From the NCBI GenBank assembly GCA_965232345.1, contig OZ246969.1, forward strand, positions 523,987 through 587,986: DNA of 64,000 nucleotides, in the 5' to 3' direction. The DNA comes from Arenicellales bacterium (GTDB lineage: Bacteria; Pseudomonadota; Gammaproteobacteria; Arenicellales; JAJDZL01). The notes below the pieces were generated by a model, which saw nothing but the letters and a program-made list of their open reading frames with translations, did not search any database and had not been told where the DNA came from. The stretch's first letter is position 1; the number at the start of each line of letters is the position of its first letter. Below, one piece after another: positions 20,007-29,651 of this stretch. Position numbers and translations under genes: made by a program.

Positions 20007-21776
20007 CTATCCGAAAACCTCAAAATACTCCTCGCCGAGCATGCTGACGATCTTTATTGCGACCTTTGAATCCGTACGAGGTGCATTGAGTTTGTAATCC
20101 GTATTGACATACTCGGACTTTTTGCTGGGAATGTCGCTGTATACGATTTCAAATGTATCGCTCTTGTAGTCTGTATCGATCAGCACATAGTCTATCTGAG
20201 CGCGAAAATCGTCAATTTGCTCGTTGAACAATGTTCTTTCAATATCCAATCTCGACAAAATCGATGGGTCAATGAAATTCAAGATTCTGACCGAAACTTC
20301 GAGACCAGATCTAGAAAATTGGAGTTCAGCTTCAACGGGTTCACTCGTTATCAAGCCATCCTGCTGAATATCTCGAATGACAATTTTATTTATCGGTGAT
20401 TTATCTTGTTCTATTTCTGCAATCAAATCGATTTCACATCCATTGCAGAACACGTGAACATCTCTCGTTTCGTCCGATCGGTTGTTTTTGATTTCGTCCT
20501 TGATCAACTGAATGTCCAATCTGTTCAATGGTCTGTTCAATTCAACGATCTTTGCCAACTGCCCGTCCACCAGTCCGTCGAAAAACAAGTCTTGATGAAT
20601 TGATTGGATTCCATACTTGGCAACAACAAATTTCTTCAGTTCTTTCTGCTTGGTAACTTCGTAATTGTTAACCTTATAGTGAACCAAGCCCTGTTCCTGA
20701 TTGCCGTTCAGTATCTTTCCATTATCGCAAATGATATTTTCCAACCGCTTTATCGTGGTCTGGATTGCGCCCTTGTTGATGTCAGCCATAATCCAGCGTC
20801 TGCCCAGCTCTTCGGCAACCGCCGCGGTCGTTCCGCTTCCACAAAAGCAATCCAGAACAATTGAATCTTCGTTGGTTGATGACCTGATGATACGTTCCAG
20901 AAGGGATTTGGGCTTTTGCGTTGGATACTGCAGATTCTCCGCGGCCGTTGGTTGCTGTTGAAATGATTTGATGTCATCCCAAACATCACCGAATGGCTTG
21001 CCCTTTTCCAATACATCGTTCAGATAGCGCTTCTTGCCATGCGCGATCAGGTACTTTCCCCCTTCATCCTCCTTGTTGAAAGTCTCCAAGTATTCCTTGG
21101 TGTGAGGCTGTTTTTGACGATGAAAAATGTTTCTGGAAGTTTTCGCATAATACAGAATGCTGTCATGTCCATGAATCCAATTCTCTGCTTGAGTTTTGAA
21201 TCCCGATAGCACAGTCTTGTCCCAAATGATCTCCCGCTTGAAGTTGTCGGCTCCAAACACTTCATCCATCAGAATTCGCAAATAAGAATTCTTCGCTTCA
21301 TTGCAATGCAGATATATGCTCCCCTCATCGCTCAGCAACTCTTTCATAAGAATCAGCCGCTCATACATAAACTGCAAGTAATTGTCCTGCGCCCAAATAT
21401 CCTCGTATTGAACCTGCTCAATCAGTGAGTAATTTTCAGCGCTTAATTTTTTCTTCTTTCCTCGCAGAGAAACACTTCGCACATAGTCTGCACCTGAATC
21501 AAAAGGCGGATCGATGTAAATCAGGTCTATCTTTCCCCTGAACCCATTCGTCAAGAGTGTTGACAAGATTTCTTTGTTGTCGCCGTGGAAAAGCAGGTTG
21601 AACAGCCTCTTTCTAAACTCCTTGAATGTCGGGTTTCTTGGGGGATTGCTGATCCCAACAGTCTCGCATACCTGTGCGGGGAAAAAATGAACGGTTTCCA
21701 AAGGCTTTTTTCCAACCCACTGAAGCATTGGACGACCTTTGACCGGCGTTATTGAATGAGATTCGCTTTCGTTCAC
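20007..21776 (-). CDS. DNA methyltransferase, N6/N4 family, beta-type motif order (Type III Mod-like)
   Basis: 589-aa ORF. Motif IV is DLIYIDPPF (aa 85-92), followed by YPTQKP and motif I VLDCFCGSGTT (aa 307-317), then an extension of about 250 aa. The GTG start overlaps the res stop (GTGA). The ATG at 21728 (MLQWVGKKP) is an alternative start. Confidence 0.85.
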   Translation of the reverse strand: MNESESHSITPVKGRPMLQWVGKKPLETVHFFPAQVCETVGISNPPRNPTFKEFRKRLFNLLFHGDNKEILSTLLTNGFRGKIDLIYIDPPFDSGADYVRSVSLRGKKKKLSAENYSLIEQVQYEDIWAQDNYLQFMYERLILMKELLSDEGSIYLHCNEAKNSYLRILMDEVFGADNFKREIIWDKTVLSGFKTQAENWIHGHDSILYYAKTSRNIFHRQKQPHTKEYLETFNKEDEGGKYLIAHGKKRYLNDVLEKGKPFGDVWDDIKSFQQQPTAAENLQYPTQKPKSLLERIIRSSTNEDSIVLDCFCGSGTTAAVAEELGRRWIMADINKGAIQTTIKRLENIICDNGKILNGNQEQGLVHYKVNNYEVTKQKELKKFVVAKYGIQSIHQDLFFDGLVDGQLAKIVELNRPLNRLDIQLIKDEIKNNRSDETRDVHVFCNGCEIDLIAEIEQDKSPINKIVIRDIQQDGLITSEPVEAELQFSRSGLEVSVRILNFIDPSILSRLDIERTLFNEQIDDFRAQIDYVLIDTDYKSDTFEIVYSDIPSKKSEYVNTDYKLNAPRTDSKVAIKIVSMLGEEYFEVFG

Positions 21777-24400
21777 GCTATTGTTGAATGGTCAGCATCG
21801 AGCCATTCCGAAATCGACGACAATTCAGTTGGCGGAACAGCATCGGAAGTAACGTAAATTATTTCATACTTGAAATCATTGGCCTCGATGGCTTCCAGAC
21901 GTTGAACCGCTTTTCGCTTTCTTTTCACCGTCTCGTCTTCTTCTCTTCTGTCAGATTTGATCTCGACGATATAGAACTCACCAGTCTTCTTGACGATGAC
22001 AAAATCTGGAAAATAAAGGTGATATCGACCGTCGACACCTCTGTATTCGAAATAAAAATCAGTTTTCTTTGGATCAGTCATTCCCCCTGTAAACAAAAAT
22101 ACTTTCACATCTTTCGGGTCGAGGTTCAGTCGCTGCAGCACTGTCTGAAAAAAAATCTGCTCTGGGTTGCTATCGAAATTGTAGGGGGAGTAGTGGTACG
22201 ATAGATTGTAATCATCGGGAATGTCGTTTTGACTGACCAGTAGATTGTAGTATTGATCCGTCAAACGCAATTGATGAACATAGGCGCCGTCATCATCAGT
22301 TTCAAATAGATCCTCGCCATTTTCATCTTGAACACGGATGAGAGCCTTGAATTCGGTAACCCATTCATCACTCAGCTCATAGTTTGCCAGTTGCTGCTCA
22401 ATACAGGCATACAGACCGTAGATGTGGGTTCTGGGTATCGCTCCGTCAGGATAAAGCCCGTTCAGCTTCTGTAGAATCGGCAGTCTTGGCAGGTGATAGC
22501 GCAGACCCAGCTTTGAAGCAACCGTGTAACAGCTTAAGCTTTCCACCTGTGGTTCAAGTTCAACTGACTCTCCCGTCTGAATCAGGATTCTGTCAGTCCC
22601 TCGGAAATCCGTAGTCAGCACACTCCGCAAGATTTCCGGCGGCTCTTCGGCCTTCGGAACTTTGAACTCAATCTCCCCGACTTTCACCTCTGCGAAGACT
22701 ACTTTTCTGATTCTGCGTGAAATCTTCAGTTTCGGCAAGTCAGTCTTCAAGATTCGAACTGGAACAGTTCTCTTCTCTCTTTGTTCAAGGCTCAGAATTC
22801 CCAGAGAGATGCCAAAGTTATTCTGAAGCTCCTTGTTCAGAATTTTCGAATTGGCGATATCAAGAAAGATCTTGGCAGATACGGTGTTTTCCGGAACCTG
22901 GCGCAGGCAGCGTGTGGCGGCCTGCAGCACATAGTTGTTGCTGGTTTGCTTTCGAATCAATGCGCAGGCGAACAGGCTCGGGCAATTCCAGCCTTCAACC
23001 CCTTTGCCTATGAGCAAGATTATCCGTTTTAAGTTCTCTGGATTGTTCAATCTCTTGAACTGACTGATTTCATCTGCCTTTGACTGCTGCGTATTGACGA
23101 GTATCTGATCGACACTCTCTCCAATTTCAACGAGCGCCTGCTCAATCTGGGCGCGGGATGTGTCAAGATGCTCCTGGGTTTTGAAGTAGAACGCGATTTT
23201 GGCCATCGAGCCATTCGCAAGCGCCACCCTTCCATACACCCTGAAGAATTCTCGAACAATATCGCGAAACACCTGCTCGGCAGATTGCTCATCAAAGCTG
23301 TATTGATGAATCCCGTCATTGAGATTCTTGAGAATGTTATCTTTGATGCCATCCCCAAGTCCATACCACACGATCACCTCTTTCAATGGCTGCTTCCTGT
23401 AATACGGCGTTCCCGTCGTATTGATGACCGCGATCAGCGAGGTGTGCCTATGGATGTAATTGATGGTTTCCCTGACGCGTTTCAACTTGTCGAAAACATT
23501 GTTTCCATAAGTGTGATGCGCCTCATCCGAAAAGATTCCCAAGTTCGGCAACGAGATGATTTTCTCCAGCCTGAGATTCGACAACAGCTCTTTCCTTCCA
23601 AAATCAAACTCCGACTGATTGCTTTGCCGCCGTGCGCGCAAGCTGATTTTCTCGGTATTTGTGACAATCAGGTTGTATTGACTGCCCTGCTGCACATTGA
23701 TGTCCCTGGCATTTTTCCCTGAGTTGCTGTCCAAAAACTCGATTTTCAGATTTGCCAGGAAATCCCGGCTCAGGTATGGAGGCAGAATCTGCTCATACTG
23801 CATGCTGCTGAGTTCGCGCAGGCTTTGAATGATGGTGGTGCCGGGAGCGAACACCAGCGCATTAGTCATGAACTTTCCGCCGGGATAGCGAAGAGCCATG
23901 GCAAATTCACTGCAGATGATCGCTCCGATCAGCATGGTTTTGCCGGCTCCCATCGCCAATGCCAGAATGTAACTCGGATAGTCCAGATTCAACGCTTCAT
24001 TCAGCGCTTGAAGATGATGCCGCTTTACGAATTCAGGATCATTCCTGACACCATCGAGCACACCTTCTTTGGATGCGAATCTCAAGGCATCTGACGACAA
24101 ATTTATACCAAGCGCCTCAAAAAAAGTTTTCTTGTCTTCGCCAAAATAGCGCTCATACAAATCAATGACATGCGGAGTATTCAGAACAAGGCGCACATAC
24201 CAGTACACCTCCAGCGCCAGGAACTGCGGTTCGCGAAGATGCCGTATTTCAATCTCGCCATCCCGCTCATTGTGCTGATAGGCCAATATTTCTCCGATGA
24301 GCGGGTAATCAGTGCAAAGATATCCTTGTTCTCGCCATTCTTTAGCGCTGCTCTTTAGTTTCTCGTATAGAGATTCGACGCGAAAGCGATACATTTGCAA
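21773..24400 (-). CDS. Type III restriction enzyme Res-like subunit (SF2 helicase + PD-(D/E)xK nuclease)
   Basis: 875-aa ORF with Walker A AMGAGKT, DEAH box FSDEAHH, motif III TGTP and motif VI-like QAATRCLR. The C-terminal YFPDFVIVKKTGEFYIVEIKS fits a PD...E-x-K nuclease core. Confidence 0.85.
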   Translation of the reverse strand: MQMYRFRVESLYEKLKSSAKEWREQGYLCTDYPLIGEILAYQHNERDGEIEIRHLREPQFLALEVYWYVRLVLNTPHVIDLYERYFGEDKKTFFEALGINLSSDALRFASKEGVLDGVRNDPEFVKRHHLQALNEALNLDYPSYILALAMGAGKTMLIGAIICSEFAMALRYPGGKFMTNALVFAPGTTIIQSLRELSSMQYEQILPPYLSRDFLANLKIEFLDSNSGKNARDINVQQGSQYNLIVTNTEKISLRARRQSNQSEFDFGRKELLSNLRLEKIISLPNLGIFSDEAHHTYGNNVFDKLKRVRETINYIHRHTSLIAVINTTGTPYYRKQPLKEVIVWYGLGDGIKDNILKNLNDGIHQYSFDEQSAEQVFRDIVREFFRVYGRVALANGSMAKIAFYFKTQEHLDTSRAQIEQALVEIGESVDQILVNTQQSKADEISQFKRLNNPENLKRIILLIGKGVEGWNCPSLFACALIRKQTSNNYVLQAATRCLRQVPENTVSAKIFLDIANSKILNKELQNNFGISLGILSLEQREKRTVPVRILKTDLPKLKISRRIRKVVFAEVKVGEIEFKVPKAEEPPEILRSVLTTDFRGTDRILIQTGESVELEPQVESLSCYTVASKLGLRYHLPRLPILQKLNGLYPDGAIPRTHIYGLYACIEQQLANYELSDEWVTEFKALIRVQDENGEDLFETDDDGAYVHQLRLTDQYYNLLVSQNDIPDDYNLSYHYSPYNFDSNPEQIFFQTVLQRLNLDPKDVKVFLFTGGMTDPKKTDFYFEYRGVDGRYHLYFPDFVIVKKTGEFYIVEIKSDRREEDETVKRKRKAVQRLEAIEANDFKYEIIYVTSDAVPPTELSSISEWLDADHSTIA

Positions 24401-24506
24401 ATCACAGAAGTTTAAATCTGCAGAAACTGAACAAATGAAGGAATTTATTTGTTATACGCAACTTAACGACTTTAATCATTGACAGAGGAATGCGTATGGC
24501 TAACAA

Positions 24507-26090
24507 CTATGCCAAGTGAAAAATACTTTCAGCATATGCGCCGATATTGCCTTCGGCTCGATTCAAAACCGGGCGCTTGAACTCATTGACAATCTTCATA
24601 TCAGCCAATCTTGCGATTTCCGGATACAGTCTGAATTTGTCATTTGCAACCAAGAAGATATCAAAATTATCACTCATAAACTTTCTTGAATGGATTAGAA
24701 CGTCAGCAATACCGCGAACGTAGTCTGTCCGAGCCTTTTTTCCTTGACCATTGAACATCGCTCCGATCTCGGAATCATCATTTCGCTCGAAATCAAACAT
24801 TTCGTAAGCATACGCGTGCTGATCGTGATAATTGATCAGCCCAACATAAGGCGGACTTGAAAATATTCCTCGAATGCCCTGATCTTGGTAAATCTGATAC
24901 AAATCTGCATGCTGACTATTGAGAGAGGCTGCAATGTTCAGGTTTCGGGAATCTCCTGCCAAACAAACTTGAATCGAATCAGTGCGCAATTCTGCGAACT
25001 CACTGAGACGTTTGGCAGTGTCGCTGGAATACCGGTTCCACCATTTGAGACAGCTGAACAGCGGCTTGCAGATTTTGCTATGCTTCGGACAATAATAGGT
25101 TTCAAACTGGGGCTCGATCAATGTTGCCAAATCATAGTGAGTGGTGGCGCGGCATGACCGGGCAGTTCGGCTCAGAATCAAACGCAGATAATCTTTGATC
25201 GTTGGATTCTCTGTCCGATCAATGACCTCAAGCGCATTCGTGATCTCATCCAGAATCGGCCGAATAAACCAATAGTCCAAGAACTTCTCGGCATCCTCTT
25301 TTAGTTCAATCAATATTTGATGCTCTGTCAAAAGCTCTCGATATTTCTCCAAAAACAATTTTGATTTTTCGGCGCCGTAGTCTGTCTCATCTATCTCCCC
25401 CTTCCGGATTTTTGCTCGGTACTGAGGCGCAGGAAAATACTCTGCGTTGAACTCTTTCAATTCACACATCAGTTCGCGCTCAAAATACCTCGCGCGAATT
25501 GCTGACTCAGTCTGTGCTATGGCGAGCGCCACCTTCTGGGTGGCGATCTGCAGCTCTGATATTTCAACGGTCGCGAGTTTCAGGTTGCTGATCAGACAGT
25601 TGAAGGCCGAAACCTCAACTCCGATTCCATGCAGGCCCAGCTCATTCGCTTGAACCAGCGTCGTGCCGCTTCCGCAGAATGGATCCAGCACAATATCACC
25701 TGGAGAAAAATAGGCGCTGGTCTTGAACTCATCCGTATGGCTGTCCAAGAAATACTCAACCAGCTGGGGAATATACTTGCCCTTGTAAGGATGAATCCGG
25801 TGAACATGTTTGGTCGTCTCTGCTTCCTTGTATTGATCAAAAGACAGCTGCCAGTTGACATCATCACCCAACCTGGCCTTGTATGCCTCTTCCCGCTGGC
25901 GATTTCTGGAACCGAAATAAGCTTCCAAATCCGCAACGGAGACAAACGAAGTGCCGTCTTCCTGGAAGGAGCGAATTCGGTCATACTTGATCAGATATTG
26001 GATATTCGAGCGAGTTACGTTGCTGCCGGTAAACTCACTCGCCCAAGCGCTGGCCCTGCTGAGTGTCAGCGCCTCTTCTCGGGTCTCCAA
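24507..26090 (-). CDS. second DNA methyltransferase (alpha-type order: motif I ... SPPY)
   Basis: 527-aa ORF with HRIHPYKGKYIPQLV, motif I LDPFCGSGTT (aa about 135-144), a spacer of about 270 aa, and motif IV FSSPPY (aa about 410-415). The track gives a TTG start, which is uncertain. It has the same orientation as res and lies 106 nt upstream of it. Confidence 0.65.
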   Translation of the reverse strand: METREEALTLSRASAWASEFTGSNVTRSNIQYLIKYDRIRSFQEDGTSFVSVADLEAYFGSRNRQREEAYKARLGDDVNWQLSFDQYKEAETTKHVHRIHPYKGKYIPQLVEYFLDSHTDEFKTSAYFSPGDIVLDPFCGSGTTLVQANELGLHGIGVEVSAFNCLISNLKLATVEISELQIATQKVALAIAQTESAIRARYFERELMCELKEFNAEYFPAPQYRAKIRKGEIDETDYGAEKSKLFLEKYRELLTEHQILIELKEDAEKFLDYWFIRPILDEITNALEVIDRTENPTIKDYLRLILSRTARSCRATTHYDLATLIEPQFETYYCPKHSKICKPLFSCLKWWNRYSSDTAKRLSEFAELRTDSIQVCLAGDSRNLNIAASLNSQHADLYQIYQDQGIRGIFSSPPYVGLINYHDQHAYAYEMFDFERNDDSEIGAMFNGQGKKARTDYVRGIADVLIHSRKFMSDNFDIFLVANDKFRLYPEIARLADMKIVNEFKRPVLNRAEGNIGAYAESIFHLA

Positions 26091-26288
26091 TAAACTTGCC
26101 TGTTGAGAGATTTGCCGGTACCCCTGCTCAATTGAAGTTGAAAATTCTAAGCCGCGCGGATTCCAATATGATACTCTGGACTGGCAGACTCAATAGCCTG
26201 CCCCAACCTTCTTCGTGTCCGACTCTGAGAATATGGTCTTTTCTGTTTTATCTGATGGTAGCTTGAGTTCTTGTGAGCACATCCCATC

Positions 26289-26309
26289 AAAAAAACCTGT
26301 CCATTCAGG
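26289..26309 (-). terminator. weak candidate intrinsic terminator after the AddA-like gene
   Basis: On the minus strand: CCTG-aatgga-CAGG followed by T7, starting 4 nt after the stop. The stem is only 4 bp. Confidence 0.3.
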
Positions 26310-26312
26310 AAA

Positions 26313-29300
26313 CTACTGGACCTCCCGCCAGGCTGGAAACATCGGGAAATAAAGCGCCGTCCTGATCGGCCTCGAATCCATGCCGGAAACGATTGTCCTG
26401 TACTGGTCCAGCTGATCCCGATAACGCTTGACTTCCTGATCAAGAAAATCAGCCACATTGCCTCCTGTCGTGCCGCTCTTGTAGTCGATAATCCACCGCG
26501 TCCCCTCCTGATCAACAAAAGTCCGATCAAGAATCACATTGGCGAACTGACCGCCCGAATGACCGGTCAGCCTGAGTTCCGCTTCCGACTCGAGGTGCTG
26601 ATCACTCAGTATCCACTGGCCGGTAGAATCCTTCAGCACATTGTTGAGGGCGGTCTCAATGCGGTCCAGCGCGTCATTCATCTCCCGCTGATCCGCGCTC
26701 ATTCCCATTGACAGCAAACGGACTCGCCATCTGCTGCGCTCGTCCGCCAGCCTTTCAGCGTTCCAATTCCTGGCGCCGGTGCGCACAATCTTCTCAAGCC
26801 ACTCATGCACGACATTTCCAATCCACAATGCAGTGCTTCCCGCCCAGTCGAAATCGATCGTCTCCGGATTGTCCGGACTCTCCATTTCACTGCCCGGCAA
26901 TGCCAGCGGTGCGGGCGGTTCCGGAAGACTCCAATCTGCAGGCAGCCGATGCAATGGAAATGTCTTGGCTGTCACAAAGTCATCGAAAGTGTCTTCGAGC
27001 GGCAATTCGTACGTTCGCAGTTCCATATTCGCAACTTCACTGGACTTCAATCCCGGCCACAGCATGCCAATCAGCGAATTCTCTCCGAAAGGCTGATCGG
27101 GAAGATCGTCGAGATCGAACTTTGGGAACTTTCCGCTCGCATAGACATACAGCGCGTCCTTCGCCCGGGTGCAGGCGACATAGGCCAGCCGCAGCAACTC
27201 AATCAACTCTCGTTTCCTGTTCCAGTCAAGGAGAAACTTGTAGAAGCTGCCATCGTCAAGCTTTCCGGTTGGAACAATGGGTGACAGCAGCATCTGGGGC
27301 CCTCGGCCCTCCAAGATGAACTCTGACCAGGCGAGCAGCGGCTTGCTCGAACCGCCGCGCGGAAGCGAGTCGAACTGCGGAAGGAACACCGCGTCATATT
27401 CCAGCCCCTTGGCTCCGTGCATGGTTGAAATGTGAAGCCAGGTATCGTCCGGACTGTCTTCCGGAACAGCATAGAGGCTCTCAAGGTTCTCTTCAAAACG
27501 ATGCAAGCCCTCAATTGAATTCCCCCTGGCGTGTCGCTCGATCAGATCAAGAAACAGCAGGGCATTCTCATTGTCGTGCGGCGCGTAGCAAGCCGGTCCC
27601 CCGAGCAGCAGCCAGCAGTCATGAATCCACTGGCGTATGTCAAGCTGGCCGCGTGCGGCAAATGTTCGCTGCATCACATCTCGAAGCCGCCGCACCCGCG
27701 CCTGTCCTTCTTCAGACAGGGCCGACAGGACTTCCGCGTCGTTCAAGCGGTTCCAGATGATTGATCGCTTGGGTCCGGCAATGGCCAGGAGATCGGCCAG
27801 AGTCAGGCCGCACCAAGGCGCTCTCAGCACTGCGGCCCAAGACGTTCGGTCAGCCAAGTTGAGAAGCGCGCGGGTCAGCGAAAGCAGATCCTCGACGACC
27901 GGACGCTGGCTTAAAGCGATGAACTCAGGCGCATAGAACCGAATATTCTCCTCAGTCAGACGCGCAATGATGTAATCCGCCTGCTTCCGGCTCCGAACCA
28001 GGATCGCGGCGCGAACTTCAGGACCGGGATTCGCCTCGCGGAACTTCCGCAAGTCACAAAGAACCTGATCCGCTTCCTTTCCAGCCAGAAATTTCTTTTC
28101 GAGCGATCTCGTGTAAAAGGGAACTCGCATATTCTGCAGCCACACGGTTGCGGAGTGTCCGCTCACATTCTCTTTCTCCGATGTGCAGCTGACATAAGGA
28201 ACCGATCCTGTCTCCAGTTCGGCGCGGGCAGGAAACGAAGGCTCGAATACAGAATTGAACCAGTCGATCACGTCTTTGTTCGATCGGAAGTTGCTTGTCA
28301 GGTGCAGAGGCTTGATTCTCAAGTCTCCGAGGCCATTCTCAATGACTGAGAGATAGATTCCAACTTCCGCCTCGCGAAATCGATAGATCGACTGCATTGG
28401 ATCGCCAACCAGGAAAACGGTCCTGCCATCGCCATTCTGCCAGCCCGCGGTGAGGCGTTCGAGCAGATCGCGCTGCGAGACCGATGTGTCCTGAAACTCG
28501 TCCACCATGATGTGGCGATACTGATAGTCAAGCACGAGAGTCAAGTCGCTTGGATTGTCGGCGTCACCCAGCGCCTGGACCGCCTGCTGCGCGATTTCGA
28601 TGAAGTCAACCTGACCGTGCTTTCGAAATTCCAGCTTCAGTTCCGCAACGGCATGCTGCAGGACCGCCGAGCACGCCTGCAGCACCTGCCACTGCTCATC
28701 CTCATACTCGCAAACTTTTGGAAGCGATTTCTGAATCTCGATGATCCGCTTCTTGAGCGCGTCGTCACCTCTGCAAGCGTCCAGCGCCGCTTTGAGCGTA
28801 TCCGGCATCAAGGCAAGCTGCTCGGAAAGGTCATTGGCGGTTATTCTGACTCGCCAGTCTTTCGCTGTTGTGATCATGAAATTCGCAATCAGCTTCCATC
28901 TTTCCAGGCTGAACTCCTGCGAATTGTCCATTCCCTCCAGTTTCAGCAGTTCGCGCGCGGTGGATGGCATCATGTCGCGGGTCTTGTCCAGCTGCCCGCC
29001 CAGAAGCGCCTGCCAGTGACTCTCCGTGCGGCGCTTGTCATCGATGGAGAACGCAGCGCCAACCAGGCGTCGAAGCCACTGATCGCGCTTTTTCAGCAGC
29101 TGGACGATCAGCTCCTGAAGCTTGTCGCCATTGTTGTCGAGATGAGCCAGAAGCACCTTCAGGTTCGACTGGAGCTCCTCGCTGCTGTCCGCCGACTCAT
29201 ACAGATTCAGCACCGCCGCCTCGTAGTGTCGGTCTGAATCCTCTGCGACTCCCGGCAGTGACCCGAATCGCGAAGCCCAAGGCATGCGCCGGATCAGACT

Positions 29301-29651
29301 CGTGCACAAGGCGTCGATCGTCATGATCTGGAGTCTTGAGGGCTGCTCCAGAATGTTCCAGCCAAGCTCCACCGAGCGTCTTCTCACCTCCTCAACAGCG
29401 CGGTTCGCCGCTTCCTGCGGAAATTTGATCTGCTTCTCGGGATCAAGCGCGTCCAGAATGCGCTTGCGCATCTCCGCAGTCGCCTTGCGGGTGAACGTAA
29501 TCGCCAGCACCTCTTCCGGCTGATCGACAATGGCCAGAAGACAGATGTACCGGCTGATCAGCAATGTGGTTTTTCCAGAACCCGCAGGGGCCTGGACAAT
29601 GCAGGACTGCTCGATGTTCAGCGCTTCATCGCGCGCCGCCTGATCGCTCAC
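26313..29651 (-). CDS. UvrD-family helicase with C-terminal PD-(D/E)xK nuclease (AddA-like)
   Basis: 1112-aa ORF with Walker A APAGSGKTT, a UvrD/Rep-type motif (VDEFQDTS), and C-terminal RWIIDYKSG nuclease-like motifs. Its start overlaps the stop of the upstream AddB-like gene. Confidence 0.8.
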   Translation of the reverse strand: MSDQAARDEALNIEQSCIVQAPAGSGKTTLLISRYICLLAIVDQPEEVLAITFTRKATAEMRKRILDALDPEKQIKFPQEAANRAVEEVRRRSVELGWNILEQPSRLQIMTIDALCTSLIRRMPWASRFGSLPGVAEDSDRHYEAAVLNLYESADSSEELQSNLKVLLAHLDNNGDKLQELIVQLLKKRDQWLRRLVGAAFSIDDKRRTESHWQALLGGQLDKTRDMMPSTARELLKLEGMDNSQEFSLERWKLIANFMITTAKDWRVRITANDLSEQLALMPDTLKAALDACRGDDALKKRIIEIQKSLPKVCEYEDEQWQVLQACSAVLQHAVAELKLEFRKHGQVDFIEIAQQAVQALGDADNPSDLTLVLDYQYRHIMVDEFQDTSVSQRDLLERLTAGWQNGDGRTVFLVGDPMQSIYRFREAEVGIYLSVIENGLGDLRIKPLHLTSNFRSNKDVIDWFNSVFEPSFPARAELETGSVPYVSCTSEKENVSGHSATVWLQNMRVPFYTRSLEKKFLAGKEADQVLCDLRKFREANPGPEVRAAILVRSRKQADYIIARLTEENIRFYAPEFIALSQRPVVEDLLSLTRALLNLADRTSWAAVLRAPWCGLTLADLLAIAGPKRSIIWNRLNDAEVLSALSEEGQARVRRLRDVMQRTFAARGQLDIRQWIHDCWLLLGGPACYAPHDNENALLFLDLIERHARGNSIEGLHRFEENLESLYAVPEDSPDDTWLHISTMHGAKGLEYDAVFLPQFDSLPRGGSSKPLLAWSEFILEGRGPQMLLSPIVPTGKLDDGSFYKFLLDWNRKRELIELLRLAYVACTRAKDALYVYASGKFPKFDLDDLPDQPFGENSLIGMLWPGLKSSEVANMELRTYELPLEDTFDDFVTAKTFPLHRLPADWSLPEPPAPLALPGSEMESPDNPETIDFDWAGSTALWIGNVVHEWLEKIVRTGARNWNAERLADERSRWRVRLLSMGMSADQREMNDALDRIETALNNVLKDSTGQWILSDQHLESEAELRLTGHSGGQFANVILDRTFVDQEGTRWIIDYKSGTTGGNVADFLDQEVKRYRDQLDQYRTIVSGMDSRPIRTALYFPMFPAWREVQ

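Noticed and set aside
26147-26530. A 127-aa minus-strand ORF overlapping the 3' end of the AddA-like gene and extending into the island border.
   Set aside because: It is out of frame within a well-supported gene and has an Arg/Ser-rich composition typical of shadow frames.
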